Source of the DNA: Nitrososphaerota archaeon | GTDB taxonomy: Archaea > Thermoproteota > Nitrososphaeria > Nitrososphaerales > Gagatemarchaeaceae | Direction of reading: 5' to 3' | Assembly (NCBI GenBank): GCA_029785825.1 | Contig: JAFLYY010000001.1 | Coordinates: forward strand, 649,374 to 713,373 | DNA length: 64,000 nucleotides | In this document: one piece after another, positions 1 to 9,904 of the stretch | How positions within the stretch are numbered: the first letter of the stretch is position 1 | Layout of the letters: each line of letters opens with the position of its first letter | Translations under genes and position numbers: made by a program | Notes under the pieces: model-generated | Databases searched by the model: none | What the model was told of the DNA's origin: nothing | What the model saw: only the letters and a program-made list of their open reading frames with translations

Positions 1-2
1 AC

Positions 3-2810
3 CTCAGGTCGGCGGAGCAAGAGCTGAACGGGAAGCTCGGGGACCTGGGTGCGAGGCTCGTGGAGCTCGAGAACCGCATCGGGCAGGTGGAGAATGACAA
101 GACGAAGTTCATAGTGGAGGTCATCCAAGGCGGCGGGGCGAGCCATGTGGAGCTCCAGTTCCAGCTCGCCGAGATGAGGAACGAGCTGGAGTCCCTGGAG
201 GGGGACTACAAGGCAGCACAGGCGAACGTCTCAGAGCTGGAAGGGGAGACAGTCCCCCAGCTCAAGCAGGTGGTGACGGAGAAACAGAGGGAGGCGAACG
301 CGGCCGCCTCCACCGTGAAGCAGCTGACGGGAGAGATAGATAAACTGGACGGCAGGCACGCAGAGCTGGCGCAGAGGCTCAAGGAGTTCTTCCAGGCCGG
401 GGAGGAACTGAGGCGGACCATCGAGAAGAAGGCCAAGCTCACATCAAAGGTGCAGGTGAAGCTCGCCGACCTCGGGCAGAAGCTCACCCAGGTGGACCTG
501 GCGATAAACGCGGCCAGCGCGAGCCTGGGGGTGGAGAAGAAGCGCCTGGACGAGCTCAAGCTCAGGGTAGACGGCTACTCGGAGGTGCTGGAGAAGCTCG
601 AAGGGAACACGAAGCAGCTCTTCGACCTGTACGACTCTTCCACCAAGGAGCTCAACACCCTGGACGAGAACCTCTCCGAGATGGAGAAGACCAGGGAGAG
701 GCTCGTAGGTTCGATCGCCGGGGCTTCCAAGATACTGGAAAAGGCGTCGGCTGAAATGTCCAAGGAGGAGGCGTTCAGACACATGTCCGAAAGCCTCGCG
801 GGGGAGCGGAGCGGGCAGCTGAAGCTCCAGGGCCTCTGCGAGCAGGGAGGGGTCCCTGGATACGTCGGCCGGCTGGGGCAGCTTGTGAAGTACCCCCAGC
901 AGTACTCGAAGGCTGTCAACGCGGTGATGGGGAGGTGGATGGGGGCGTTCGTGGTGCAGGACCTGAAGGGGATGACCCAGCTGATCAAGGCGGCGAAGTC
1001 GTTGAAGGCGAAGAGCTTCGCCGTGATACCGCTCAGCGAGGTCGAGTCGGTGAAGGCGGCCGAAGTGGAGAGGTCGGCCGGAGTGATCGGGACGCTCTCC
1101 GACGTCATAAAGTGCGAGGACGAGTTCCAGGGGCTGGTCAACTTCCTCGCCGGGGACTCGGTCCTGGTCGAGTCCGAGGCAGTCGGGTACATACTGGCTT
1201 CCGAAGGGGTCAGGGCCGTCACCGAAGCGGGCGAGGCCTTCGAGCCGGGAGGGAGGGCGTTCAGCTACGGGTACCAGGAGCTCATGGTCAACCTGATGGA
1301 AGGGCTGGAGAACATCGAGGGGATGAGCGAGGTCGAGGACGCCGTGGGTGCGCTGAAGGGGGCGATAGACAGGAGGAGGTCAGAGCTCAGCTCCCTCGAG
1401 TCGGAGTCCCGCTCGGTCACGAAGGAGCGGGTCAAGAAGATTGTCTCCACCACTAGCCTGAAGGCCGAGGCCACGACCATCACACGCATGGCGAAGCGGT
1501 ACAGGAGCGTCTTCAAGGCCATGAACGCCGAGTACCAGAAGCAGGCTGCCACGGTGGCCCGACTGGAAGAGAAGCTGAAGGTCAGCCAGGAAAAGAAGGG
1601 AGGGATGACGAAGGGGATCTCTTCGCTCCAGCAGGTGGTGGCCGACGTCCAGGCGCTGGGGCTAGACGCGCACCTCCTGGAGTTGGACGGGACCAAGCAG
1701 TCGGTGTCTGCCGAGATCGACACCATCAGGAACAGGATCCAGGACCTCAACCTCACCCTGACCAGGGAGAAGGCCAACCTGGAGAACGTCCTACTGAGGG
1801 CGCTAGAGGAGAACCAGCTCGACCTGGCCAACGCGACCGAAGACCTGCGGTCTAACAAGGAGTTCACGAAGGACGCCCCGAAGAGGATCAGGGAGCTGTC
1901 GGACGAGAAGAAGTCCCTCGAGGACCAGATTTCGAAGCTGATGGAGTCTTCCCGGAGGAGCCAGCCGGTGCTGGACGAGTTCGACGCCAGGTCGAGGCGC
2001 CTGAAGGAGGAGAGGGACGCGCTCTCGAGGTCCATAGCGGGGAACCAGAAGGAGCTTTTCGCACTGGCGGGGCAGTCTTCCGCGACCCAGGAAAGGGTGG
2101 AGGAGGCGCTGGGGAGCCTCAGGATGCTCGGGTACGCCGAGGAGCTCGAGTTCTTCGAGTCGAGCGAGTCGCTCCTCTCCGAGCTTCAGGAGGAGTACCA
2201 GCAGACCGTCGCCTCGGTCAACAGGGCCGCGGACAGGCAGTACACCGACATGTACCTGAGCTACAAGAACCTCTCCGTCAGGCACAACGAGCTCGAGAAC
2301 GAGAGGAACTCGATAATCGGGTTCATCGAAAGCGTCGAAGCGGAGAAGAGGAAGGTCTTCATGTCAGCCTTCGACAGGGTCGGGTCGGAGTTCAGCGGCA
2401 TCTTCGCGAAGCTTGCGGGAGGGAGCGCCCAGTTGGACCTCGAGAACCCCGAAGAGATCTTCACCGGTGGAGTGATAATGCGGGCGGACTTCGGGAACGG
2501 GCTCCGCGAGTCGTCCCAGCACAGCGGAGGCCAGAGGGCGGTGACAGGAGTATCGATGATCTTGGCCATGCAGGCGGTCCAGCAGCACCCCTTCTACCTC
2601 TTCGACGAGATCGACGCCCCGCTGGACGCGGTGAACTCCAACAGCCTCGCCCGCTTCCTGAGAGAGAAGTCGGCCGAGGCCCAGATCATCGCCATCACCC
2701 TCAGGGACGTCTTCGTCGCCGAGAGCGACATGACCTACGGGGTGTACTCCGCGGGTGGGACGTCCAGGGTGGTGCACTACAAGCCCGCCGAGGTGCCGAA
2801 GAGTGCCTAG
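3..2810 (+). CDS. smc: Chromosome segregation protein SMC (5' truncated by window edge)
   Basis: Long coiled coils, hinge (GYVGRLGQL...GDSVLVE), C-terminal signature HSGGQ and Walker B LFDEIDAPLD; followed by scpA/scpB. Confidence 0.96.
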   Translation, partial: LRSAEQELNGKLGDLGARLVELENRIGQVENDKTKFIVEVIQGGGASHVELQFQLAEMRNELESLEGDYKAAQANVSELEGETVPQLKQVVTEKQREANAAASTVKQLTGEIDKLDGRHAELAQRLKEFFQAGEELRRTIEKKAKLTSKVQVKLADLGQKLTQVDLAINAASASLGVEKKRLDELKLRVDGYSEVLEKLEGNTKQLFDLYDSSTKELNTLDENLSEMEKTRERLVGSIAGASKILEKASAEMSKEEAFRHMSESLAGERSGQLKLQGLCEQGGVPGYVGRLGQLVKYPQQYSKAVNAVMGRWMGAFVVQDLKGMTQLIKAAKSLKAKSFAVIPLSEVESVKAAEVERSAGVIGTLSDVIKCEDEFQGLVNFLAGDSVLVESEAVGYILASEGVRAVTEAGEAFEPGGRAFSYGYQELMVNLMEGLENIEGMSEVEDAVGALKGAIDRRRSELSSLESESRSVTKERVKKIVSTTSLKAEATTITRMAKRYRSVFKAMNAEYQKQAATVARLEEKLKVSQEKKGGMTKGISSLQQVVADVQALGLDAHLLELDGTKQSVSAEIDTIRNRIQDLNLTLTREKANLENVLLRALEENQLDLANATEDLRSNKEFTKDAPKRIRELSDEKKSLEDQISKLMESSRRSQPVLDEFDARSRRLKEERDALSRSIAGNQKELFALAGQSSATQERVEEALGSLRMLGYAEELEFFESSESLLSELQEEYQQTVASVNRAADRQYTDMYLSYKNLSVRHNELENERNSIIGFIESVEAEKRKVFMSAFDRVGSEFSGIFAKLAGGSAQLDLENPEEIFTGGVIMRADFGNGLRESSQHSGGQRAVTGVSMILAMQAVQQHPFYLFDEIDAPLDAVNSNSLARFLREKSAEAQIIAITLRDVFVAESDMTYGVYSAGGTSRVVHYKPAEVPKSA

Positions 2811-3465
2811 CTCCCCCCTGCTTGGGAAGCCCCCGCTGAACGTCCTGATCGATCCATCCCTGGCCAAGCGCAAGAGCCCCTGGGAGATCAACCTGACCGA
2901 GCTTCTGGGGATGTTCCTGAAGGCGATTTCAGAGACGGAACTCATCGACATGAGGGCCGCCGGCACCGCGGCGCTCTCTTCGGCCACGATCTACAGGCTG
3001 AAGGTCGAGACGCTCTTCCTCTTCGAGAGGCTCAGGCTGCAGCAGAGGCCCCTGGACCCGTCCGAGCCGCCGCAGATCATCGTGATGCCCTTCCGCTACG
3101 AGATATACTCGACCAACATAGACGAGCTGTTCAACGAGCTCGGGCGGATCCTCCAGGACATCGTCATAGACGAGGCCAGGGGGGGCGAGAACCCGCTGTC
3201 CATCGCCGACCTCCCTCCTCCCAACTTCGACGATTACGTTGTGTCCCTCCAGGCACTGCTCTCAGAGTTCAGGAAGATACTCGTCGAGAGGCTGAGCGGG
3301 ACGGGGAAAGTGCTCCTCTCCGAGCTGTTCCGGGGCCTCTCCCCACTCGACGCCGCACGCGTCTTCCTACTCCTCCTCTTCGCGGCCAACGACGGTGACG
3401 TCGTCATCGAGCAGGGGGAGACGGACTCGGACGCGCTGGTGGTGTCGGTGGGCCAGCTTGAGTAG
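2803..3465 (+). CDS. scpA: Kleisin ScpA
   Basis: SPWEINLTELL motif, C-terminal wHTH (RVFLLLLF..GDVVIEQ); between smc and scpB; GTG start at 2803 chosen by overlap with the smc stop. Confidence 0.88.
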   Translation: MPSSPLLGKPPLNVLIDPSLAKRKSPWEINLTELLGMFLKAISETELIDMRAAGTAALSSATIYRLKVETLFLFERLRLQQRPLDPSEPPQIIVMPFRYEIYSTNIDELFNELGRILQDIVIDEARGGENPLSIADLPPPNFDDYVVSLQALLSEFRKILVERLSGTGKVLLSELFRGLSPLDAARVFLLLLFAANDGDVVIEQGETDSDALVVSVGQLE

Positions 3466-4000
3466 CGACCCCCAGTCCGGGTCGACCCCGAAGGACGTCC
3501 TGGCGAAGGTTGAGGCGGCCCTCTACGCTGCAGGGCGTCCGCTCTCGGTCGGGGAGATCGCCCATGTGGCCGGGACCGTCTCGGAAAGGAAGGCCGCGGC
3601 CATCGCGAGGGAGATAGCCAGCGCGGTCAACGGCAGCCTCCAGGCACTCGAGGTCGTCGAGTACTCGGGGCCGAGGTTCGCGCTTCAACTGAAGGCGAAG
3701 TACACCCAGACCGCGAGGAAGTTCGCCACCCGGCCCCTCCTTTCGCGGGCGGCTCTGCGGACCCTGTCCTTCATCGCGTTCTTCCAGCCCATAGCCTCCT
3801 CGGAGCTCGTCCTCCGCCGCGGGTCCACCGTCTATCAGCACCTGAAGGAACTGGAGGAGGTCGGGTTCATTTCAGGCGAGAGGCAAGGGCGGAGCAAGGC
3901 GTTCAAGACCACCAGCAGATTCGCCGAGTACTTCGGGCTGAGCACCGACATCGCCGCCATGAAGAAGCAGCTGGAGAGCAGGACCCTCACCCTGAGGTAG
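3458..4000 (+). CDS. scpB: Segregation/condensation protein ScpB
   Basis: KVEAALYAAGRPLS, LSRAALRTLSFIAFFQPI, FKTTSRFAEYFGL motifs; TTG start inferred. Confidence 0.92.
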   Translation: MSSDPQSGSTPKDVLAKVEAALYAAGRPLSVGEIAHVAGTVSERKAAAIAREIASAVNGSLQALEVVEYSGPRFALQLKAKYTQTARKFATRPLLSRAALRTLSFIAFFQPIASSELVLRRGSTVYQHLKELEEVGFISGERQGRSKAFKTTSRFAEYFGLSTDIAAMKKQLESRTLTLR

Positions 4001-4053
4001 GGGCTGTTCTTCGCGCTAGTCTTATACCGACCGCGGACCTGCGCCTGTTCCCG

Positions 4054-4455
4054 ATGAAGCTCGCGGAGGTCGGCGCCGTCCTGGCGGTCGCAGCCATCGT
4101 CGTGCTGGCTTACTCGACCTTCGCGTACGCCACCGACGTCCGGACGACGACGGCGACATCCACGCTGACCGTCTATCCTACTACGGGGTCCCCCTACTCG
4201 GTCGAGCTCGTGGTGATACAGCCCGTGTACGTCAACGAGATCTGCCTCGTCGAGGCCACGAACTCCACCTACACCACCTACCTGGTCGGCGGGGGGACGG
4301 GCGGGGCGGTCAGCCAAACCACGACGGAGACCGTCAGGGCGCTCAGCACGGTCACCATGTACTACAACGTGACAATCGCGGAGTCCGGGTCCACCTGCAC
4401 CCTCGTCAACCCGCACTACGGGGCCACGTCCTCGTCCTGCCCTCCGTGCGCGTGA
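4054..4455 (+). CDS. Small secreted/membrane-anchored Thr-rich hypothetical protein
   Basis: N-terminal hydrophobic helix, Thr-rich body, NxT sequons, Cys residues; TATA-like cttata upstream. Confidence 0.7.
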   Translation: MKLAEVGAVLAVAAIVVLAYSTFAYATDVRTTTATSTLTVYPTTGSPYSVELVVIQPVYVNEICLVEATNSTYTTYLVGGGTGGAVSQTTTETVRALSTVTMYYNVTIAESGSTCTLVNPHYGATSSSCPPCA

Positions 4456-4517
4456 TAGGCCCCGAGCCTCGAAACGCTTAACACCCCGAGCGGTGGGGCG
4501 GCTGAAAGACTCGCGAA

Positions 4518-4904
4518 ATGACCCGTCCAATCGAGAACCTGGTGAAGCGGAAACCCACCGGAGGCAGGTCCAGGCCCCACCGGGGACGGAGGGCGTTCGA
4601 GAAGGACGGCTACGCCATAGAGCCCCTAGTGGGGAACGCCTCGTCCCGGACGATCCGGAGGAGGGGAGGGGTGTTCACGAGCGGGGTGGTCTTCGCGACC
4701 TACGCGAACGTCTCCGACGGCTCCGGGAAGGCGACGAAGTCGAAGATACTCAGCGTGAAGAGCAGCCCGGCCAACAGGGACTACGAACGGAGAGGCGTGA
4801 TCACGCTGGGAGCAGTCCTCGAGACCGAGGCCGGGGAAGCTGTCGTCACGTCGAGGCCCACCGCGGACGGAGTGGTGAACGCCGTCCTCGCGTCGAAGAA
4901 ATGA
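4518..4904 (+). CDS. rps8e: 30S ribosomal protein S8e
   Basis: KRKPTGG, RRGVITLGAVLETEAG, VTSRPTADGVVNAVL motifs. Confidence 0.96.
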   Translation: MTRPIENLVKRKPTGGRSRPHRGRRAFEKDGYAIEPLVGNASSRTIRRRGGVFTSGVVFATYANVSDGSGKATKSKILSVKSSPANRDYERRGVITLGAVLETEAGEAVVTSRPTADGVVNAVLASKK

Positions 4905-5209
4905 AGGACTACGACCGCTACGTATTCTGGGTAGACTACTTCGACTCTGAGCTGAAGAGGAGCGACGGCAGAAGGGTGCCGCTCAACTCGGCCACCAAGT
5001 CTCCGACCCTCCCTGAACTGGGGGAGGCCTGCCGGAGGCTCAACCTGCAGCCTCAGCCCCAGGCGGCGCGATACCCTTCGCGGCCGGCCCACGAGTCGGG
5101 GTATGTCTCGATTGCGAAGTCAGGGAAGAAGAAGGAGCTCCTCATCAAGGTCGCCAAAGAGCTCTCGACAGTCAGAGGGATCGCCCAGCGGAGCCAGCGC
5201 AAGAAGTGA
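4901..5209 (+). CDS. srp19: Signal recognition particle protein Srp19
   Basis: VFWVDYFDSELKRSDGRRVP, ARYPSRP, KKKELL; ATGA overlap with rps8e. Confidence 0.93.
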   Translation: MKDYDRYVFWVDYFDSELKRSDGRRVPLNSATKSPTLPELGEACRRLNLQPQPQAARYPSRPAHESGYVSIAKSGKKKELLIKVAKELSTVRGIAQRSQRKK

Positions 5210-5479
5210 ACGCCGAGGGTGGCTGCGGGGCGGAGGCTCCGCCCTCCTCCAGTGAGTCGTAAGGGCAAAGGGCCGTGGGTCCTGTCGGATGGCCCCACAC
5301 TGTGGACTGCGTCCTGTGGAACGTAGGCAATGCGCGGAGCCCCGGGCTTTCTGGCGCACCTAGGGTCCTTTAGGCTGGATTCCAGATTTCGGGAAAACCC
5401 CCTCCTAAATAGTAAATTCCCCTTCGGCGGCCAGAGGCGTTGCCAGTGAACGGGCATCTCAGCGGGGGACAGATCTGTG

Positions 5480-5626
5480 ATGCTCTGTAAGAACGCATCA
5501 GGACAACTCCCTCTCCGCGCGCTAGCGCTCATCCTGTCCCTTCTCATAGTTTCGAGCAGCGCATCATCGTTAGTTTCTGCCAGTACGCTCTTTTCAGGGT
5601 CGGCGTCCGCGGCTTTTACCGGATGA
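5480..5626 (+). CDS. Possible 48-aa signal-peptide-like small ORF or remnant of a secreted protein gene
   Basis: Translates as MLCKNASGQLPLRALALILSLLIVSSSASSLVSASTLFSGSASAAFTG; AT-rich element at ~5404-5418 upstream; codon usage unlike the host. Confidence 0.3.
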   Translation: MLCKNASGQLPLRALALILSLLIVSSSASSLVSASTLFSGSASAAFTG

Positions 5627-5948
5627 TAAAGCGGCTTCGGCCCTAGAGGACCTCTGATAGCCCGTCCATCCAGCGACAAATCTGGCCCTGCATATTCGAG
5701 TTTCGAGCTCGTAGAGTTACGACAGCATCCGCCCTGGCGCGTTACGAGAAAATGTTCCGCAAGTTGCTCCCCCCGGGGGAACAGCCAGGGGGTTTTCGGA
5801 GGTGCAAAGTCAGGTGGCGCATAGGGCGCATCATCAGGGCTATGGAGGTGAGGGAAGCGCCAGCTTGGGTGCGAAACCATCACTCGGGAAAACAATCGAC
5901 CGGTGAACCACGAAGGTTTAAAGGTGAGATTTGGGCCGGAAAATTCTC

Positions 5949-6167
5949 TTGTTTCAAGTGGGCACTATCCTCCTTCAGGCGAAGAGCGGCCGTCTGATTG
6001 TCCGCCTGACGAAAGAGGTGAAGCCCGGGGCGTTCGTCTACGATGACGGCAGGAGGAAGCTTGGAAAGGTGGTGGAGCTCATCGGCCCGGTCAGGGCCCC
6101 ATACGCGTCCGTCGCGGTTGTGAGCAGCAGAATCGGGAAGCCGGGGGATCCGGCGTTCGTGGAATGA
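5949..6167 (+). CDS. gar1: H/ACA RNP subunit Gar1
   Basis: LGKVVELIGPVRAPYASV motif; directly upstream of tfb; TTG start inferred from TATA tttaaa at ~5917. Confidence 0.85.
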   Translation: MFQVGTILLQAKSGRLIVRLTKEVKPGAFVYDDGRRKLGKVVELIGPVRAPYASVAVVSSRIGKPGDPAFVE

Positions 6168-6174
6168 TAAACCA

Positions 6175-7122
6175 GTGAGTCTCTGGAGCCAGGGGAGAGA
6201 CGACGGGTTCAGGACGTCCTGCCCGGTCTGCGGCAACAGGCTGATCGGGGACGCTGAGAAGGGGGAGCAGGTCTGCCCCACCTGCGGGTATGTGACCGTG
6301 GCTCCGGCTGACTCGGGCCCCGAGTGGAAGGCCATGGATCTGGAGGAGAAGAACCGCAGGGTGAGAGTAGGGTCCCCCACGACCCTGGCGCTTCACGACC
6401 TGGGGCTGTCCACGGAGATCAGCAGGACCATGCGGGACTCCCACGGCAAGTACCTCGACCCGGCCATGAGAGCGACCGTGGAGAAGATGCGGAAGTGGCA
6501 GAGCAGGACGAGGACGGTCAACAGCGAGGAGAGGGGGCTCTCCAACGTCCTTTCGAAGATAAGCGAGCTCTGCGAGGCGCTCAACCTCCCCGACAACGTC
6601 GCCGAGACCGCGGCCCAGATCTACAGGACGTCGGCCAAGATGAAGGTGGCGAAGAGCAAGTCGATACTGGGGATGACGGCCGCGACGGTCTACCTCGCCT
6701 GCAGGAAGTGCGGGGTCTCCAGGACCCTCAAGGAGGTGGCCAGGGCCGCAGGGATGGAGAAGGGGAACGTCGCCAGGTACTTCAGGCTGGTCCTCAAGGA
6801 GGTGGAGAAGGAGTACGTCCCTCCCCCGTCCGTCGAGAAGTACATCTCGAAGCTAGTCAACATGGCGAAGATAGACCCCAAGGTGGAGATCCTCGCCCTC
6901 AACCTCTCCCGCAAGACAAGCGACTCCAAGATCTCCAGCGGCAAGGCGCCCGCCGGACTCGCGGCGGCATACGTCTACCTCTCTTCGGTGATGGTAGGCG
7001 AGCACCTCCCGCAGAGGGAGGTCGCCGAGTTCGCCGAAGTCACAGAGGTCACCGTCAGGAACAGGTGCAGGGAGATCTTGGACAACTATGTCATAAGACA
7101 GGAGTTCATGCCGGCGAAATGA
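6175..7122 (+). CDS. tfb: Transcription initiation factor IIB
   Basis: Zn ribbon CPVC..CPTCG, GPEW B-reader, two cyclin repeats, EVTEVTVRNR. Confidence 0.97.
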   Translation: MSLWSQGRDDGFRTSCPVCGNRLIGDAEKGEQVCPTCGYVTVAPADSGPEWKAMDLEEKNRRVRVGSPTTLALHDLGLSTEISRTMRDSHGKYLDPAMRATVEKMRKWQSRTRTVNSEERGLSNVLSKISELCEALNLPDNVAETAAQIYRTSAKMKVAKSKSILGMTAATVYLACRKCGVSRTLKEVARAAGMEKGNVARYFRLVLKEVEKEYVPPPSVEKYISKLVNMAKIDPKVEILALNLSRKTSDSKISSGKAPAGLAAAYVYLSSVMVGEHLPQREVAEFAEVTEVTVRNRCREILDNYVIRQEFMPAK

Positions 7123-7613
7123 CGAAGACGAAGGCGAAGGCGAAGCCCCAGAAGGCGGCGAAGAGGCAGCCGAGGCAGAAGAAGGAATCTGAGCCCTCTC
7201 AGCCCGTCGAGCGGACGGAGGAAGAGCTGGTCGACCTGACCTCCCGGGTCTACAAGCTCGTCGTAGAGAGGGGGAGGGACGGGGTGTTGCAGAGCGAGAT
7301 CTGGAAGGAGCTCGGGCTGACCAGCAGGGACGGTTCGAGGCTCGCGATCAGGCTCGAGAGGAGGGGGCTGATAGGGAGGGTGAAGGTACTCGAAGACGGG
7401 AGGTGGACCTACAAGCTCACCCCACTCCGGTTCCCGACCGACATGACGTCCATAGAGAAGGCTCCGTGCATAGTCTGCCAGTACGAGCCGAAGTGCTCCA
7501 TCGAAGGAGAGGTGAGCCCCTACGTCTGCCCCTGGATAGGGCCCTGGGTGGTCCAGGAGGCTATGGTCGCCCGGAGCGGGCCTGGCGAGGCCGAAGCGGT
7601 CCCGGCAAGGTAA
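7119..7613 (+). CDS. wHTH transcriptional-regulator-like protein with C-terminal Cys cluster
   Basis: GVLQSEIWKELGLTSRDGSRLAIRLERRGLI wHTH; PCIVC..C..C; ATGA overlap with tfb. Confidence 0.8.
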   Translation: MTKTKAKAKPQKAAKRQPRQKKESEPSQPVERTEEELVDLTSRVYKLVVERGRDGVLQSEIWKELGLTSRDGSRLAIRLERRGLIGRVKVLEDGRWTYKLTPLRFPTDMTSIEKAPCIVCQYEPKCSIEGEVSPYVCPWIGPWVVQEAMVARSGPGEAEAVPAR

Positions 7614-7623
7614 GGCGCGCGCG

Positions 7624-8034
7624 ATGCCAACGAACGACTCCCTCGAGCGATTGGTCCGCGCCGCCCGGAAGGCGAGGGAAAGCGCATACTCCCCCTACTC
7701 CGGGGTGAAGATAGGCGCCGCCGTGCTCTCCTCCGGCGGTTCAATCCACACCGGGGCGAACGTCGAGAACGTCTCTTACGGCCTGTCGTGCTGCGCCGAG
7801 AGGACCGCCCTGTTCAACGCCGTCTCCGGGGGGGACAGGAAGATAGTGGCCATCGCCGTCGTGGGCGGGTCAGAGGAGTTCACCCGACCGTGCGGGGCAT
7901 GCAGGCAGGTGATGGTCGAGTTCAACCCTGGGATGAAAGTGCTGATGCGCGGCATCGACGGCTTTTCCGAAGACGGGACGGCCGAGTCTCTCCTCCCGCA
8001 CCGCTTCCGCCCGGCTGGTCTCGCGAAGCGTTGA
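7624..8034 (+). CDS. cdd: Cytidine deaminase
   Basis: AYSPYS, GANVENVSYG, CAERTA, PCGACRQ. Confidence 0.95.
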   Translation: MPTNDSLERLVRAARKARESAYSPYSGVKIGAAVLSSGGSIHTGANVENVSYGLSCCAERTALFNAVSGGDRKIVAIAVVGGSEEFTRPCGACRQVMVEFNPGMKVLMRGIDGFSEDGTAESLLPHRFRPAGLAKR

Positions 8035-8636
8035 GGCTCAACGAAGCCCGGCGGGACCTCTACAGGCGCCTGGCCAGGGAGCAGGGGTACAAGAGCAGGG
8101 CGGCTTTCAAGCTCATCGAGGCTAACGAGCGCTACGGCTTCGTCAGTGCGGGGTCGAAGGTGATCGACTTCGGTGCGGCCCCCGGCGGGTGGATGCAGGT
8201 CGCTTCGGAGCTGGTCGGGCCGGAAGGGTTTGTCGTCGGGGTGGACAGGGCGCCAATCCGGGTCAAGCTCCCCAACGTGGCCGCCTTGAAGATGGACGTG
8301 GAGGACCCGGGGGTCCCGGCCAAGGTCATCGACCTCCTCAAGGGGAAGGCGGACGTCGTCCTCTCCGACCTGGCTCCAACGGTGACGGGGGTCTGGGAGC
8401 TAGACCAGACGAGGCAGGTGGACCTCACCCTGAAGGTCCTCGACCTCTGCAGCGAAGTCCTCAAGGAGGGCGGTTCCGCCTTCTTCAAACTCTTCGAGGG
8501 CGAGAGGTCCCAGGAGGTCAGAGACAGGTTCAGGCTCGCCTTCTCTTCGGTCCGGGTCATCAAGCCCGCCGCCAGCAGGAACGCGAGCTCGGAGCTGTAC
8601 TACCACTGCCAGGGGCTGAAGCGAAAAGTCCCCTGA
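8031..8636 (+). CDS. rlmE: 23S rRNA 2'-O-methyltransferase RlmE/FtsJ
   Basis: GYKSRAAFKL, DFGAAPGGW, VLSDLAP, KPAASR..SSELY; TTG start. Confidence 0.94.
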   Translation: MRLNEARRDLYRRLAREQGYKSRAAFKLIEANERYGFVSAGSKVIDFGAAPGGWMQVASELVGPEGFVVGVDRAPIRVKLPNVAALKMDVEDPGVPAKVIDLLKGKADVVLSDLAPTVTGVWELDQTRQVDLTLKVLDLCSEVLKEGGSAFFKLFEGERSQEVRDRFRLAFSSVRVIKPAASRNASSELYYHCQGLKRKVP

Positions 8637-8666
8637 CCCGGGGCCTGCTCAGCGCCGCCCTGGACC

Positions 8667-9818
8667 TCACGCTTTCCGGGGGCGGGCGCTCGCGCTCTTC
8701 ACCGCCTCCACGACGTCGCCGTACGATGCGTCTGTCTTGATCCCCTCCTGCTCGAAGGGGGTCCTCATCACCCGGTGGCCCCCTCCGGTCAGCCGTCTGA
8801 TGACCTCCAATTCGGGGACGGTCGGGACCTTCAGCCGCGAGCAGACCTCGGCGATGTCGAAGCTCCAGGGAGGAAACCGGTCGACCCCGACGAGCGACCC
8901 CAGCACCTCCGACCCCCGGTAGAGCCCCCTCGCTGTCGCTTCCTTGCGGGCGTCCTCGACCAGCCGCTCGTCGACCACCTTCCCTGACCACAGAGGGCCC
9001 GCGACCTTGAGCTTCCCTCCGCAGACTCTGCAGGCAGGGTCTCCGTTATGCGGCGCAAGCGCGTCCCCGCAGGCAGGGCACCAGGAGATCGTTCCGACCC
9101 CCTTCAGCGAAGCTTCGGCCTCGGACGCTCCGGCGCGGACCCGGACATAGACCCGGATGTAGTGGCGGGTGGAGTGAGCGGCCACCGGCTCTATGCCTGC
9201 GTCGATGGCAGCGCCCTGCCTGGCCATTGACGCGAGCAGGATCCTGACCCCTGTCTCGTGGTGGAAGCGGTTGTTGAGCGGAACCGAGCCGTAGCGCCTG
9301 ACGCAGGTCGCCCGATGGACGCCGCAGAGCACGGCTGTGTCGGTGGCGGTCACGGAAAGGATTCCGCCGTCGGCGGTGGCGGAGATCCCTCCCTGAAGAT
9401 ATCGGACAGGTGAGCCGAAGGGGTCGACGTCCACGAAGTCGAACTTCTGGCCTCTCCCGAACCTGGAGAAGAGGAACGAGCCGGTCTCAGAAACTGCAAA
9501 CCTGAGTTTGCTGCTCACGCCGTTGGCCGCCGCAGCCTTTTTCGCGGCAGCCAGGGCCCTCTCGTTGAAGTCGACCAGAGTCACTTCTGTCCCACCCTTG
9601 ACCTCGTTCGCAACCCGGACCCCTCTGGCCCCTACCCCGGACATGGAGTCGCAGAACGTCCCCCCGCCAGCTGCCGAGGTCAGGGCGACGGAGACGTCTC
9701 TGTTGAGGGAGGCGGCGGGGTTGAAGAAGACCGGCGAAGTAGGAGGCGGGTCCTGGGAGAGACTCGCGTCGGGGACCAGGAGGACCGTCCCGCCCTCCCT
9801 GTGCCTGACCAGCTTCAA
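8667..9818 (-). CDS. trm1: tRNA (guanine26-N2)-dimethyltransferase Trm1
   Basis: VFFNP..LNRD, DVDPFGSP, VTATD, HETGVRIL, Zn finger, GPLWSG. Confidence 0.93.
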   Translation of the reverse strand: MKLVRHREGGTVLLVPDASLSQDPPPTSPVFFNPAASLNRDVSVALTSAAGGGTFCDSMSGVGARGVRVANEVKGGTEVTLVDFNERALAAAKKAAAANGVSSKLRFAVSETGSFLFSRFGRGQKFDFVDVDPFGSPVRYLQGGISATADGGILSVTATDTAVLCGVHRATCVRRYGSVPLNNRFHHETGVRILLASMARQGAAIDAGIEPVAAHSTRHYIRVYVRVRAGASEAEASLKGVGTISWCPACGDALAPHNGDPACRVCGGKLKVAGPLWSGKVVDERLVEDARKEATARGLYRGSEVLGSLVGVDRFPPWSFDIAEVCSRLKVPTVPELEVIRRLTGGGHRVMRTPFEQEGIKTDASYGDVVEAVKSASARPRKA

Positions 9819-9904
9819 CGCCCCCGTCGCGCCGAAGACAGGTGTTAAACGATTCCGGCGGCGCCTGGTACCTTATTGTACCCGCCCGGGCGGAGGGAGA
9901 GCCC

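Noticed and set aside
5375..5420. ORB-like TTCCAG...GAAA and G/C runs suggesting a replication origin
   Set aside because: No repeated consensus ORB and no cdc6/orc1 gene nearby.
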